Of a stretch of 61,417 nucleotides of DNA, positions 53,073 through 61,417 are shown piece after piece (within the stretch, counting starts at the first letter, position 1; every line of letters begins with the position of its first letter). Under the pieces are notes generated by a model that worked only from the letters and a program-made list of their open reading frames with translations, did no database searches and was not told the DNA's origin. The translations under genes and the position numbers were made by a program. Source of the stretch: Bacteroidota bacterium (GTDB taxonomy: Bacteria; Bacteroidota; Bacteroidia; Flavobacteriales; Schleiferiaceae); assembly GCA_003045825.1 (NCBI GenBank), contig PZPA01000001.1, forward strand, positions 1 to 61,417, read 5' to 3'.

Positions 53073-53475
53073 CAAATAGCGTTGCCAGTTCTTCCGGACA
53101 ACTCTTTGGCTTGAACGTATTTTTGTCGACAAATACGAGCACTACTTTTCCTGAAACCATTGTGTTGCCTTCAGTATCCCGAAGCGTGTGGTAAAATGAT
53201 ATCTTACGCGTTGGACGGTCGATAATAGATGTTTCTAAAATAACTTCTTCGTCATACTTCGCACCGCGTTTAAAATCGATACTCATGTGGACCACTGGAA
53301 GCATTGTTCCATTCTTTTCTAGTTGCGCATAAGAAAGGCCAAGCTTTCGAAGCAATTCCACTCTGCCAACTTCAAAATAGGCAGCATAGTTTCCATAATA
53401 TACAACACCCATTTGATCGGTTTCTGAGTACCTTGGGCGGAAGCTGTGGGTATCTCTAATTCGTGCATCTTTCAT
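53059..53475 (-). CDS. Acyl-CoA thioesterase (YbgC/FadM family)
   Basis: RYSETDQMGVVYYGNY..YFE.GR. Confidence 0.9.
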   Translation of the reverse strand: MKDARIRDTHSFRPRYSETDQMGVVYYGNYAAYFEVGRVELLRKLGLSYAQLEKNGTMLPVVHMSIDFKRGAKYDEEVILETSIIDRPTRKISFYHTLRDTEGNTMVSGKVVLVFVDKNTFKPKSCPEELATLFVNLS

Positions 53476-53809
53476 AAAATCTAATTTAGCATCCAATGGG
53501 TTGGTATTTATATGTGTTCAATGTTCAATCCTGAGATTTTTGAACAATCCATAATAGGCATGGTAATTTATACTCAAAAAATTTGGGACTTTATACTAAG
53601 TGCTGATTTACAACAAGTTACACATTCCCTTAAGCAAATCTTTTTATTAACACAATAGCAAATAAATTTTTTTCATTCAGATTTTATGAACACATTTGTT
53701 ATGCAGTCAACGAGATGCATTTATCCATCGATTGCCGCCCGAAAAGTTTACTAATACACACAACACCACTTCAGGTTTGAACAGCCTTGAGGTAAGAGAA
53801 TTTTTGACC

Positions 53810-55243
53810 ATGGAGAAAAGCGTTAATGATGTCTGGAAAGAAGCTTTACAATTTATCCAAGACAACGTTGATGACCAGTGTTTTAATACCTGGTTCGAAC
53901 CTATAAAACCAGTAAAACTCCAAGTAAACATTATAACTGTTCAAGTACCCTCTAAATTCTTTTATGAATATTTAGAAGAACACTACATCCAGTTGCTAAA
54001 AGCCGCCATCACCAAATCCATAGGACAAGATGCTAAATTAGTATACAGCATTGTTCTTGAAAATGCCTACGGTAATGCGAAAGCTCCTACAATGAATGTA
54101 CCGAGCAGTGGTCGTAAAAAGCATCCACGTCAAAGCGTGAACATGCCAATGAAGATTGGGAACGACAAGGAAATAAAAAACCCTTTTGTTATCCCTGGTC
54201 TACAGAAGCTCAATATTGATTCGCAACTAAACCCGAACTACAGCTTCGACAACTTTATAGAGGGGGATTGCAATAGACTGGCAAGATCTGCAGGGTATGC
54301 CGTGAGTAAAAATCCTGGAGGAACCTCATTTAACCCATTAATGCTTTATGGTGGTGTGGGTTTAGGTAAAACACATTTAGCTCATGCTATTGGCGTCGAG
54401 ATCAAAGACAACTACCCTGAAAAAACAGTGCTGTATGTGAGCGCTGAAAAATTCACACAGCAATTTATCGATAGTATTCGAAACAATACGAAAAACGACT
54501 TCGTCCACTTTTATCAAATGATTGACGTTTTGGTTATTGATGATGTTCAAAGTTTCTCCGGTAAGGAAAAAACACAAGATGTGTTCTTTGAAATTTTCAA
54601 CCATTTACATCAAAACGGTAAGCAAATCATTTTAACATCAGATCGAGCTCCAGTAGAGCTTCAAGGAATGGAGCAACGTTTGTTAAGCCGTTTCAAATGG
54701 GGATTAAGCGCTGATCTTCAAAAGCCAGGTTTAGAAACTCGTGTGGCTATTTTAGGGAAAAAGCTGTACAACGATGGCATTGAAATTGAACTCGATATTG
54801 TTGAATTCATTGCTTACTCAATAAATTCTAACATCAGAGAATTAGAAGGAGCATTGATAAGTATACTAGCACAGAGTAGCTTGAACAAGAAGCAGATTAC
54901 CATGGAATTAGTTAAATCTATGGTCGATAAATTCGTTAAGAGCACTACTCGTGAAATATCTATTGATTTTATTCAAAAGGTCGTGTGCGACTATTTCGAT
55001 ATGCCACTAGAATTATTGAAATCAAAAACTCGAAAACGAGAAATCGTTCAGGCCAGACAGTTGAGTATGTATTTTTCAAAGCAACTCACTAAAAATAGTC
55101 TTGCGAGCATAGGGCAGCAATGTGGAAATAAAGACCATGCTACTGTGCTCCATGCCTGTAGAACTGTAAATAATCTTAAAGAAACGGATAAGCGTTTCCG
55201 CACGTATGTCGATGACCTGCAAAAACGCTTAACACTCGCATAA
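53810..55243 (+). CDS. dnaA: Chromosomal replication initiator
   Basis: FNTWF, NPLMLYGGVGLGKTHL, IDDVQ, RLLSRF, RELEG and KDHATVLHA. Start moved to ATG 53810. Confidence 0.97.
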   Translation: MEKSVNDVWKEALQFIQDNVDDQCFNTWFEPIKPVKLQVNIITVQVPSKFFYEYLEEHYIQLLKAAITKSIGQDAKLVYSIVLENAYGNAKAPTMNVPSSGRKKHPRQSVNMPMKIGNDKEIKNPFVIPGLQKLNIDSQLNPNYSFDNFIEGDCNRLARSAGYAVSKNPGGTSFNPLMLYGGVGLGKTHLAHAIGVEIKDNYPEKTVLYVSAEKFTQQFIDSIRNNTKNDFVHFYQMIDVLVIDDVQSFSGKEKTQDVFFEIFNHLHQNGKQIILTSDRAPVELQGMEQRLLSRFKWGLSADLQKPGLETRVAILGKKLYNDGIEIELDIVEFIAYSINSNIRELEGALISILAQSSLNKKQITMELVKSMVDKFVKSTTREISIDFIQKVVCDYFDMPLELLKSKTRKREIVQARQLSMYFSKQLTKNSLASIGQQCGNKDHATVLHACRTVNNLKETDKRFRTYVDDLQKRLTLA

Positions 55244-55267
55244 AAAACAGTTTAACGAATGTTTTAG

Positions 55268-55296
55268 AGTCAGTATCTTAGGGTACTGACTTTTTT
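55268..55296 (+). terminator. Intrinsic terminator after dnaA
   Basis: AGTCAGTA-tcttaggg-TACTGACT followed by a T-run. Confidence 0.7.
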
Positions 55297-55300
55297 ATTT

Positions 55301-55744
55301 ATGAAAATACTCATGGTTTGTTTAGGCAATATTTGCCGCTCTCCTCTCGCACAAGGTATTATGGAACTGCACGCTCCTGCGGATTGGCGTATAGATTCAG
55401 CGGGGACATCTGGGTGGCATGAAGATGAACGACCAGATACAAGAAGTATTTTAATAGCAAAAGAACGCGGTATTGCAATTGATCACCAACGTTCAAGACA
55501 AGTGAATGAGGAAGATTTCGAGACCTTCGATATTATTTTTGCCATGGATAGCTCTAATTATACGAATCTCATCCGATTGGCACCTAATGAGGCGGCAAAA
55601 GCTAAGGTGCGACTTATTCTAAATGAAGCCTATCCGGGAGAAAATCGCCAAGTTCCCGATCCTTATACTGGGGGGCAGAGTGGATTTAGGCATGTATATG
55701 AGCTTCTTGAAGAAGCTGTTCAATCCTTTATTAAAAAGTACTAA
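55301..55744 (+). CDS. Low molecular weight protein-tyrosine phosphatase
   Basis: VCLGNICRS and DPY. Confidence 0.93.
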   Translation: MKILMVCLGNICRSPLAQGIMELHAPADWRIDSAGTSGWHEDERPDTRSILIAKERGIAIDHQRSRQVNEEDFETFDIIFAMDSSNYTNLIRLAPNEAAKAKVRLILNEAYPGENRQVPDPYTGGQSGFRHVYELLEEAVQSFIKKY

Positions 55745-56439
55745 TGGCTGCTATATACCTATTGCCTAATACGTTAGGTCAAGATAATTTTGACTATATC
55801 ATACCAAAGGATGTCGTAAATATCATAGATAGTCTTACTTACTTCATTGTGGAAAATGAAAAAACGGCCAGGGCTTACATTAAGCATTTGTTACCCGAAA
55901 AGAACCAGCGTGAGTTAAGACTTGAAATTCTAGACAAGCAGACTGATCCACTTGACCTACCCTACTTTTTAGATCCTATTAAAAAAGGACATTCCATAGG
56001 GGTTTTATCAGAAGCAGGAGTGCCTTGTGTGGCGGATCCAGGTGCGTCTATCGTTAGTATAGCGCACCGCAAAGGAATTGAAGTCCGTCCATGCGTCGGA
56101 CCATCTTCTATCCTCTTGGCTTTAATGGCGAGCGGTTTTAATGGGCAGCAATTTACATTTCGCGGTTATTTACCGCATGATAAACCTATTCGAAAGAGAG
56201 TTTTTCAGGCGATGCAAAAGGACATACGAGATGGAATCACTCAAATCTTTATGGAGACGCCCTACCGCAACGGAAAATTGATGGAAGAATTGGTTGCCAA
56301 CCTGCATCCAGAGACGAAGCTTTGTATTGCTGTAGATATTACTTTAGATACAGAGAAGATTAAAACTCAAACGGTAGCACAATGGCGTTTAGATGTTCCA
56401 GAATTACATAAACGACCAGCTATATTTTTGATAGACTAA
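55744..56439 (+). CDS. SAM-dependent tetrapyrrole-methylase-fold methyltransferase (RsmI-like)
   Basis: SEAG.P.VADPG, GPSS, SGF.GQ.F.F.GYLP and ETPYR. Confidence 0.85.
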   Translation: MAAIYLLPNTLGQDNFDYIIPKDVVNIIDSLTYFIVENEKTARAYIKHLLPEKNQRELRLEILDKQTDPLDLPYFLDPIKKGHSIGVLSEAGVPCVADPGASIVSIAHRKGIEVRPCVGPSSILLALMASGFNGQQFTFRGYLPHDKPIRKRVFQAMQKDIRDGITQIFMETPYRNGKLMEELVANLHPETKLCIAVDITLDTEKIKTQTVAQWRLDVPELHKRPAIFLID

Positions 56440-56445
56440 GTCAAC

Positions 56446-58662
56446 ATGACCGCCAACGAGGATAAGGATAGCGAACTAGTAGAAGGTGCATTCAAAGATC
56501 TGTTAAACAGTATTGAATATAAAACCGACGCAGCTGATCAAAAAATGATACAGCGTGCTTTCTCATTGGCGAAAGATGCACACAAGGGAGTGCGTCGTAA
56601 AAGTGGAGAACCCTACATCACCCACCCTATATCCGTAGCGCAGATCGTTGCAACAGAAATTGGTCTAGGGCCTACTAGTATTGCAACGGCATTAATGCAT
56701 GATGTTGTAGAAGATTCGGATTATACCTTGGTAGACATCGAGAACATGTTTAATCCGAACATTTCGAAACTTATTGATGGATTGACCAAGATATCCGGTG
56801 TGGTGAGCATGGAGAGTAGTATGCAGTTGGAAAACTACAGAAAGATGCTCCTCACCATCTCAGACGACGTTCGAGTAATTCTCATTAAGCTTGCAGACCG
56901 ATTGCACAACATGCGTACCATGTCCGACATGCCTTCGCACAAACAATTGAAAATAGCCTCTGAAACGCTATTTATTTACGCGCCTCTAGCGCACCGATTG
57001 GGGTTGTTTAGCATTAAAACAGAATTGGAAGACATTTCCCTAAAGTATACGGAGCCTGAGGTATTTGATGATATCTACAGTCGTATGGAAGCGCTTCAAA
57101 GGAAAGATTTTGAGTATTTGAATAAGTTCGAACGCAAGGTTTCTGAAGAGTTGTCGCAAGCAGACCTAACCTTTGAAGTAAGAAAGCGTACAAAAAGCAT
57201 CTATTCTATTCGTAGAAAGATGAAGAACCAAAACGTCAGTTTTAATGAAGTCTATGACAAGTATGCCATACGAATCATACTTGAAGCGGATAAAGAGCGA
57301 GAGAAAGCAATTTGTTGGCAGGCCTACTCCATTATTACAGAAAATTTCAACCCTAACCCTGCTCGTTTGCGCGACTGGATAAGTTCACCAAAGAGTAACG
57401 GCTATGAATCGTTACACACCACGGTGATGGGGCCTGACGGTCATTGGGTTGAAGTGCAGATTAGGACAAGGCGCATGGACGATATTGCTGAAAATGGATT
57501 TGCAGCACATTGGAAGTACAAGGAGGATAGTTCAGGAAGTAACCAATTGGATCGTTGGCTCCTTCGTATCAGAGAATTTTTAGATGATCCGGAGAACGAT
57601 AGCGAAGACTTCATCGATAGTTTCAAGATGAACCTATTCTCTTCCGAAATATTTGTCTTTACTCCTAAAGGAGAAATGCTTACCCTACCCAAGGGTGCTA
57701 CGGCCTTAGATTTTGCCTTTGATATACACACAGAGGTAGGTGCACATTGCTTGGGAACGAAGGTGAACGGTAAACTGATTCCTTTGAGCACACCTTTAAA
57801 ATCAGGTGACCAAATAGAAGTGCTGACTTCTGTGAAGCAGGAACCAAAAGAAGATTGGTTAAGTTTCGTAAAAACCGGAAAGGCAAAGCAGCGCATCAAA
57901 CAAAGTCTAAAGAAAGAAAAACAGCTTATTACTGGTCAGGGTCAATTTATACTGGAACGCAAGTTGAAGGTGCTCAAATTGAAGGCAACGCACAGTAACA
58001 TCCACAAATTGGTCAATTTCTTTGGCTTAAAAAACCCTGAGGAGCTCTACTATAAAGTAGGACTTGGTGTGATTGACAACGGAAAACTACGCGAGTATGC
58101 CCGAGAAACCTCTGGACTTGTTAACTACTTCAAGCAACGAATAGTAAGAAGCAATTATGCAAAGACCAAACTAGGGGATAAATCCAAGAAGCAGCAAACT
58201 GATCATCTGTTATTGGTTTTTGATACGGACGAACATGAAATGGACTATACCCTAGCAAAGTGTTGTAATCCGCTTCCGGGTGATAGAGTTTTTGGTTTTG
58301 TAACCACAGCAGATGGATTGAAGGTACATCGTGACGATTGTCCTAATGCGGTATTGTTACAAAGTAGATTTGCGAATAGAACACTCAAAGCAAAATGGGT
58401 CGACCGGAAAGGCGCTTTTTCGACCATCAATTTGCTTATTAAAGGAATGGATAGAATAGGTATCGTGAATGACGTAACGAAAGTGGTATCGAACGAACTA
58501 AGTATCAATATTAAAGCGATTGCTTTTAGCGTAGACGACGGGTTATTCACAGGTAAGTTGACCATTGAAGTGGCGGATAAATTGGGCTTAACTGATACTA
58601 TTAACAATATCAAGAATTTAGAGGGCATTAGTAGTGTTACTCGTGTAGGTAAATTCAATTGA
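56446..58662 (+). CDS. Bifunctional (p)ppGpp synthetase/hydrolase (Rel/SpoT)
   Basis: HD motif (MHDVVED), RKRTKS, YESLHT, EVQIRT, TGS, CC and ACT domains. Confidence 0.95.
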   Translation: MTANEDKDSELVEGAFKDLLNSIEYKTDAADQKMIQRAFSLAKDAHKGVRRKSGEPYITHPISVAQIVATEIGLGPTSIATALMHDVVEDSDYTLVDIENMFNPNISKLIDGLTKISGVVSMESSMQLENYRKMLLTISDDVRVILIKLADRLHNMRTMSDMPSHKQLKIASETLFIYAPLAHRLGLFSIKTELEDISLKYTEPEVFDDIYSRMEALQRKDFEYLNKFERKVSEELSQADLTFEVRKRTKSIYSIRRKMKNQNVSFNEVYDKYAIRIILEADKEREKAICWQAYSIITENFNPNPARLRDWISSPKSNGYESLHTTVMGPDGHWVEVQIRTRRMDDIAENGFAAHWKYKEDSSGSNQLDRWLLRIREFLDDPENDSEDFIDSFKMNLFSSEIFVFTPKGEMLTLPKGATALDFAFDIHTEVGAHCLGTKVNGKLIPLSTPLKSGDQIEVLTSVKQEPKEDWLSFVKTGKAKQRIKQSLKKEKQLITGQGQFILERKLKVLKLKATHSNIHKLVNFFGLKNPEELYYKVGLGVIDNGKLREYARETSGLVNYFKQRIVRSNYAKTKLGDKSKKQQTDHLLLVFDTDEHEMDYTLAKCCNPLPGDRVFGFVTTADGLKVHRDDCPNAVLLQSRFANRTLKAKWVDRKGAFSTINLLIKGMDRIGIVNDVTKVVSNELSINIKAIAFSVDDGLFTGKLTIEVADKLGLTDTINNIKNLEGISSVTRVGKFN

Positions 58663-58690
58663 TACGACGTATTTTAGCGTTTTACTTCTC

Positions 58691-59140
58691 ATGAGTACAC
58701 AAGAAGCATACAATAAGGTTAAAGACGTATTTGGCCGCTATTTGGAAGAGCATAACCAACGCAAGACTCCAGAGCGGTTTGCGATATTAAAAGAGGTCTA
58801 TGAAAATGAAGACCACTTTGATGTTGAAACCCTGTATCTAAGCATGAAGGATAAGAATTACCGGGTTTCAAGAGCGACGCTTTACAACACAATAGAATTG
58901 CTTTTGACTTGCGGTTTGGTTCGTAAGCACCAGTTTGGTCAAAATCAAAGTTTTTATGAGAAGTCCTATTTCAACAAGCAACACGATCATGTCATATTGA
59001 CGGATACTGGAGAGGTATTCGAATTTTGTGATCCGCGTATTCAAAACATTAAACAAACAATCGAAGAAATTTTTGGTGTAGAAGTAGAAAGCCACAGCCT
59101 TTACTTCTATGCGAAAAGAAAAGAGTCGAGCAACAATTAG
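58691..59140 (+). CDS. fur: Fur family transcriptional regulator
   Basis: [17 protein letters not shown] and HDH. Confidence 0.88.
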   Translation: MSTQEAYNKVKDVFGRYLEEHNQRKTPERFAILKEVYENEDHFDVETLYLSMKDKNYRVSRATLYNTIELLLTCGLVRKHQFGQNQSFYEKSYFNKQHDHVILTDTGEVFEFCDPRIQNIKQTIEEIFGVEVESHSLYFYAKRKESSNN

Positions 59141-59142
59141 TT

Positions 59143-60414
59143 ATGGCAGTAGATGTGCTTTTAGGTCTCCAATGGGGCGATGAAGGAAAAGGTAAAATAG
59201 TCGATGTATTAACGCGTAAGTACGATATCATCGCACGCTTTCAAGGTGGACCTAATGCCGGTCACACTCTTGAATTTGAAGGCAAAAAGCATGTATTGCA
59301 TACCATACCTTCTGGTGTGTTTCACGAAAGTGTAATGAATGTCGTAGGAAATGGTGTGGTCATCGATCCTGTTATTTTTAAAGTGGAGTTGGACAAACTG
59401 ATCGATCAAGAGCCACATGTGTTAAGTCGGTTGAAAATTAGCCGGAAGGCGCACTTGATTTTACCAACACATCGATTACTAGATGCCGCTAGTGAAGCCG
59501 CTAAGGGCAAGAAGAAAATTGGTTCCACTTTAAAAGGAATTGGTCCGACGTATATGGACAAAACGGGTCGTAACGGTTTGCGAGTTGGCGATATACAATT
59601 GGACAATTTCGACGAATTATATAGTGCGTTAGTAGACAAGCATAAGCAGCTACTTGCTGGTTATGAAGGGTTTGAGTATGATCTAGAAGCCCTTGAGCCT
59701 AACTGGTTTGCTGCGATCAATTACTTACGTACGTTAGACATTATTGATAGTGAGCCCTATTTTCACGATGCTATTGCTGAGGGTCGTACTATTCTTGCCG
59801 AAGGTGCTCAAGGCACGTTGTTAGATATAGATTTTGGGACCTATCCATTTGTAACGTCATCTAATACAACTTGTGCTGGTGCTTGTACAGGTATGGGTAT
59901 TGCGCCAAATAATATCAAAAACGTTTACGGAATTTTTAAGGCGTATTGCACTCGTGTTGGCTCGGGGCCCTTCCCTACAGAATTAGCGGATGAAGTAGGT
60001 GCTACCATCCAAGCTAATGGTCACGAATTTGGTGCAACCACTGGTCGCCCAAGAAGATGTGGCTGGTTAGATCTACCTGCTTTGAAATACGCAATCAACA
60101 TTAACGGCGTTACTGAATTAATGATGATGAAAGGAGATGTCTTGAGTGGTGTTGGCAACATAAAGATTTGTACTGCCTATAAGTACAAAGGAGAAGTCGT
60201 AAAGCATTTACCATACAAACTTCAAGAAGATCTTATCGAACCTATATTCAAAGAGCTTCCTGGATGGGATGAGGATTTGATGCAAATGACTGATGAAGAG
60301 TCGTTCCCACAGAGTTTCAAGGACTACATCGCCTTTATTGAGGCAGAAGTTGGCGTACCAATAACGCTCGTTAGCGTTGGACCGGATCGCGCTCAAACCA
60401 TATTAAGAGACTAA
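59143..60414 (+). CDS. purA: Adenylosuccinate synthase
   Basis: QWGDEGKGK, GGPNAGHT, EGAQG and GATTGRPRR. Confidence 0.98.
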   Translation: MAVDVLLGLQWGDEGKGKIVDVLTRKYDIIARFQGGPNAGHTLEFEGKKHVLHTIPSGVFHESVMNVVGNGVVIDPVIFKVELDKLIDQEPHVLSRLKISRKAHLILPTHRLLDAASEAAKGKKKIGSTLKGIGPTYMDKTGRNGLRVGDIQLDNFDELYSALVDKHKQLLAGYEGFEYDLEALEPNWFAAINYLRTLDIIDSEPYFHDAIAEGRTILAEGAQGTLLDIDFGTYPFVTSSNTTCAGACTGMGIAPNNIKNVYGIFKAYCTRVGSGPFPTELADEVGATIQANGHEFGATTGRPRRCGWLDLPALKYAININGVTELMMMKGDVLSGVGNIKICTAYKYKGEVVKHLPYKLQEDLIEPIFKELPGWDEDLMQMTDEESFPQSFKDYIAFIEAEVGVPITLVSVGPDRAQTILRD

Positions 60415-61417
60415 TGAAAAAGGCCATACTATTTTGTGTGGCTCTTTTTTTCTCTACCCTTCACTCAGGGTGGAGTCAAACGAAGGTTCAAATCATTCGA
60501 AGCGACACGACCGACTTTGTCAAAGGCAATGACGGTGGTCAAACCTATTACCTCAAAGGGAACGTAACGCTTCAGCAGGATGTAGCGTTGATGTACTGCG
60601 ATTCTGCAGTACTGTATCGTCCTCAGAATACTTTTGAAGCCTACGGCAACATTCGAGTGCGTCAAGCGGATACAGTGCTTATTACTGGAGAACGATTAAC
60701 GTATCTAGGAGATCAGAGAACATTCACCATCTCTGAACAAGTGGTCCTTAAAACCCCCTCTTCACGTTTAGCGACCTCGGTCTTGAAGTATGATAGAAAT
60801 ACATCAACGGCGTACTACCTGACTAGATCAACATTGGAGCGAAAAGATTTACGTATTACATCCGATCTTGGCCAATACAATACTGAATACGAGCTGGTCC
60901 GTTTAAGGGGGAACGTTGTAGCTATTGACTCAGCCTTTGAAATGACTACAGATACCCTCCTCTACTATCCTAACAAGAATAAATATACTTTCGCCGGTCC
61001 CACGCAGTTCATCAAGGATAGTACTTTGTTGTTTTGTTCTAAGGGCACGTATTCAGCGGATGTGAACTTACTGGAGTTGTTTGGTGGCGCTCAGATGTTA
61101 GCGCCAAAACGTTATATAGCAGCGGACAGCCTTTATTACTCACTGAATTCAGAAGATGGCACCTTACATGGAAACGCTACGGTCGCAGATTCTTCCGAAG
61201 GATTCGTTTTGCGAAGCGATTTTATTGATTACAAGAAAAGTCCAGTTTTTGTAGATGCTTTTTCTCCAGTCTTTTATGAGCAAAGTATGGAGGAAGACAC
61301 TATTTACGCAAAGGGAGATACCCTGGTCATACGCTCGTCCTTAGACACAAGCAAAACAGTGCCTTTGTTTGGTCAAACTTCCTTTTTTAGCGAAGATTTT
61401 CAAGGCATCAGTCCACA
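60414..61417 (+). CDS. OstA/LptA-like beta-jellyroll protein (partial, runs off window end)
   Basis: Hand-translated from ATG 60414: MKKAILFCVALFFS...LKGNVTLQQD..LMYCDSA..Y...NTFEAYGNIRVRQADT. Not in the ORF track. Confidence 0.8.
   Translation, partial: MKKAILFCVALFFSTLHSGWSQTKVQIIRSDTTDFVKGNDGGQTYYLKGNVTLQQDVALMYCDSAVLYRPQNTFEAYGNIRVRQADTVLITGERLTYLGDQRTFTISEQVVLKTPSSRLATSVLKYDRNTSTAYYLTRSTLERKDLRITSDLGQYNTEYELVRLRGNVVAIDSAFEMTTDTLLYYPNKNKYTFAGPTQFIKDSTLLFCSKGTYSADVNLLELFGGAQMLAPKRYIAADSLYYSLNSEDGTLHGNATVADSSEGFVLRSDFIDYKKSPVFVDAFSPVFYEQSMEEDTIYAKGDTLVIRSSLDTSKTVPLFGQTSFFSEDFQGISP

Noticed and set aside
53696..53809. N-terminal extension of dnaA in the ORF track, and similar ones for ssb, folE, the sigma factor, prfC, prmC and ribD
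   Set aside because: They are longest-ORF artefacts. Recognisable sequence starts at downstream ATGs, and several extensions cover promoter elements.

Overview
A gene-dense 61 kb stretch of core chromosome from a Bacteroidota organism, probably a streamlined aquatic member of the Flavobacteriales. This is inferred from TAnnTTTG promoters, Bacteroidetes-type rpoZ and fur, and gene order. It holds about 54 CDS. I saw no rRNA, tRNA, CRISPR array, transposase or phage gene. Main points: (1) A mutagenesis cassette (non-canonical LexA/S24 repressor, dinB, SRAP, dnaE2) with CTAA-N5-TTAG boxes ends 23 bp before a 28-bp XerCD dif site at 11916-11943. This places the probable replication terminus beside gyrA and only about 42 kb from dnaA. 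(2) A probable B12/light-regulated photoprotection cluster (CarH-like MerR, ECF sigma, crtI, crtB, idi, PTPS-II, folE, photolyase) has two copies of a TTGT(T/A)TAA-N16-TTAAACAA palindrome in front of the sigma gene. (3) A His-rich ABC permease with two tandem DUF3299-like CFFC proteins. (4) Several probable pseudo-enzymes. The rest is housekeeping: gyrA, clpC, prfC, fabI, recN, coaBC, rpoZ, bamD, dapA, ligA, prmC, ribD, dnaA, rel, fur and purA. All calls come from reading motifs by eye; no searches were run.
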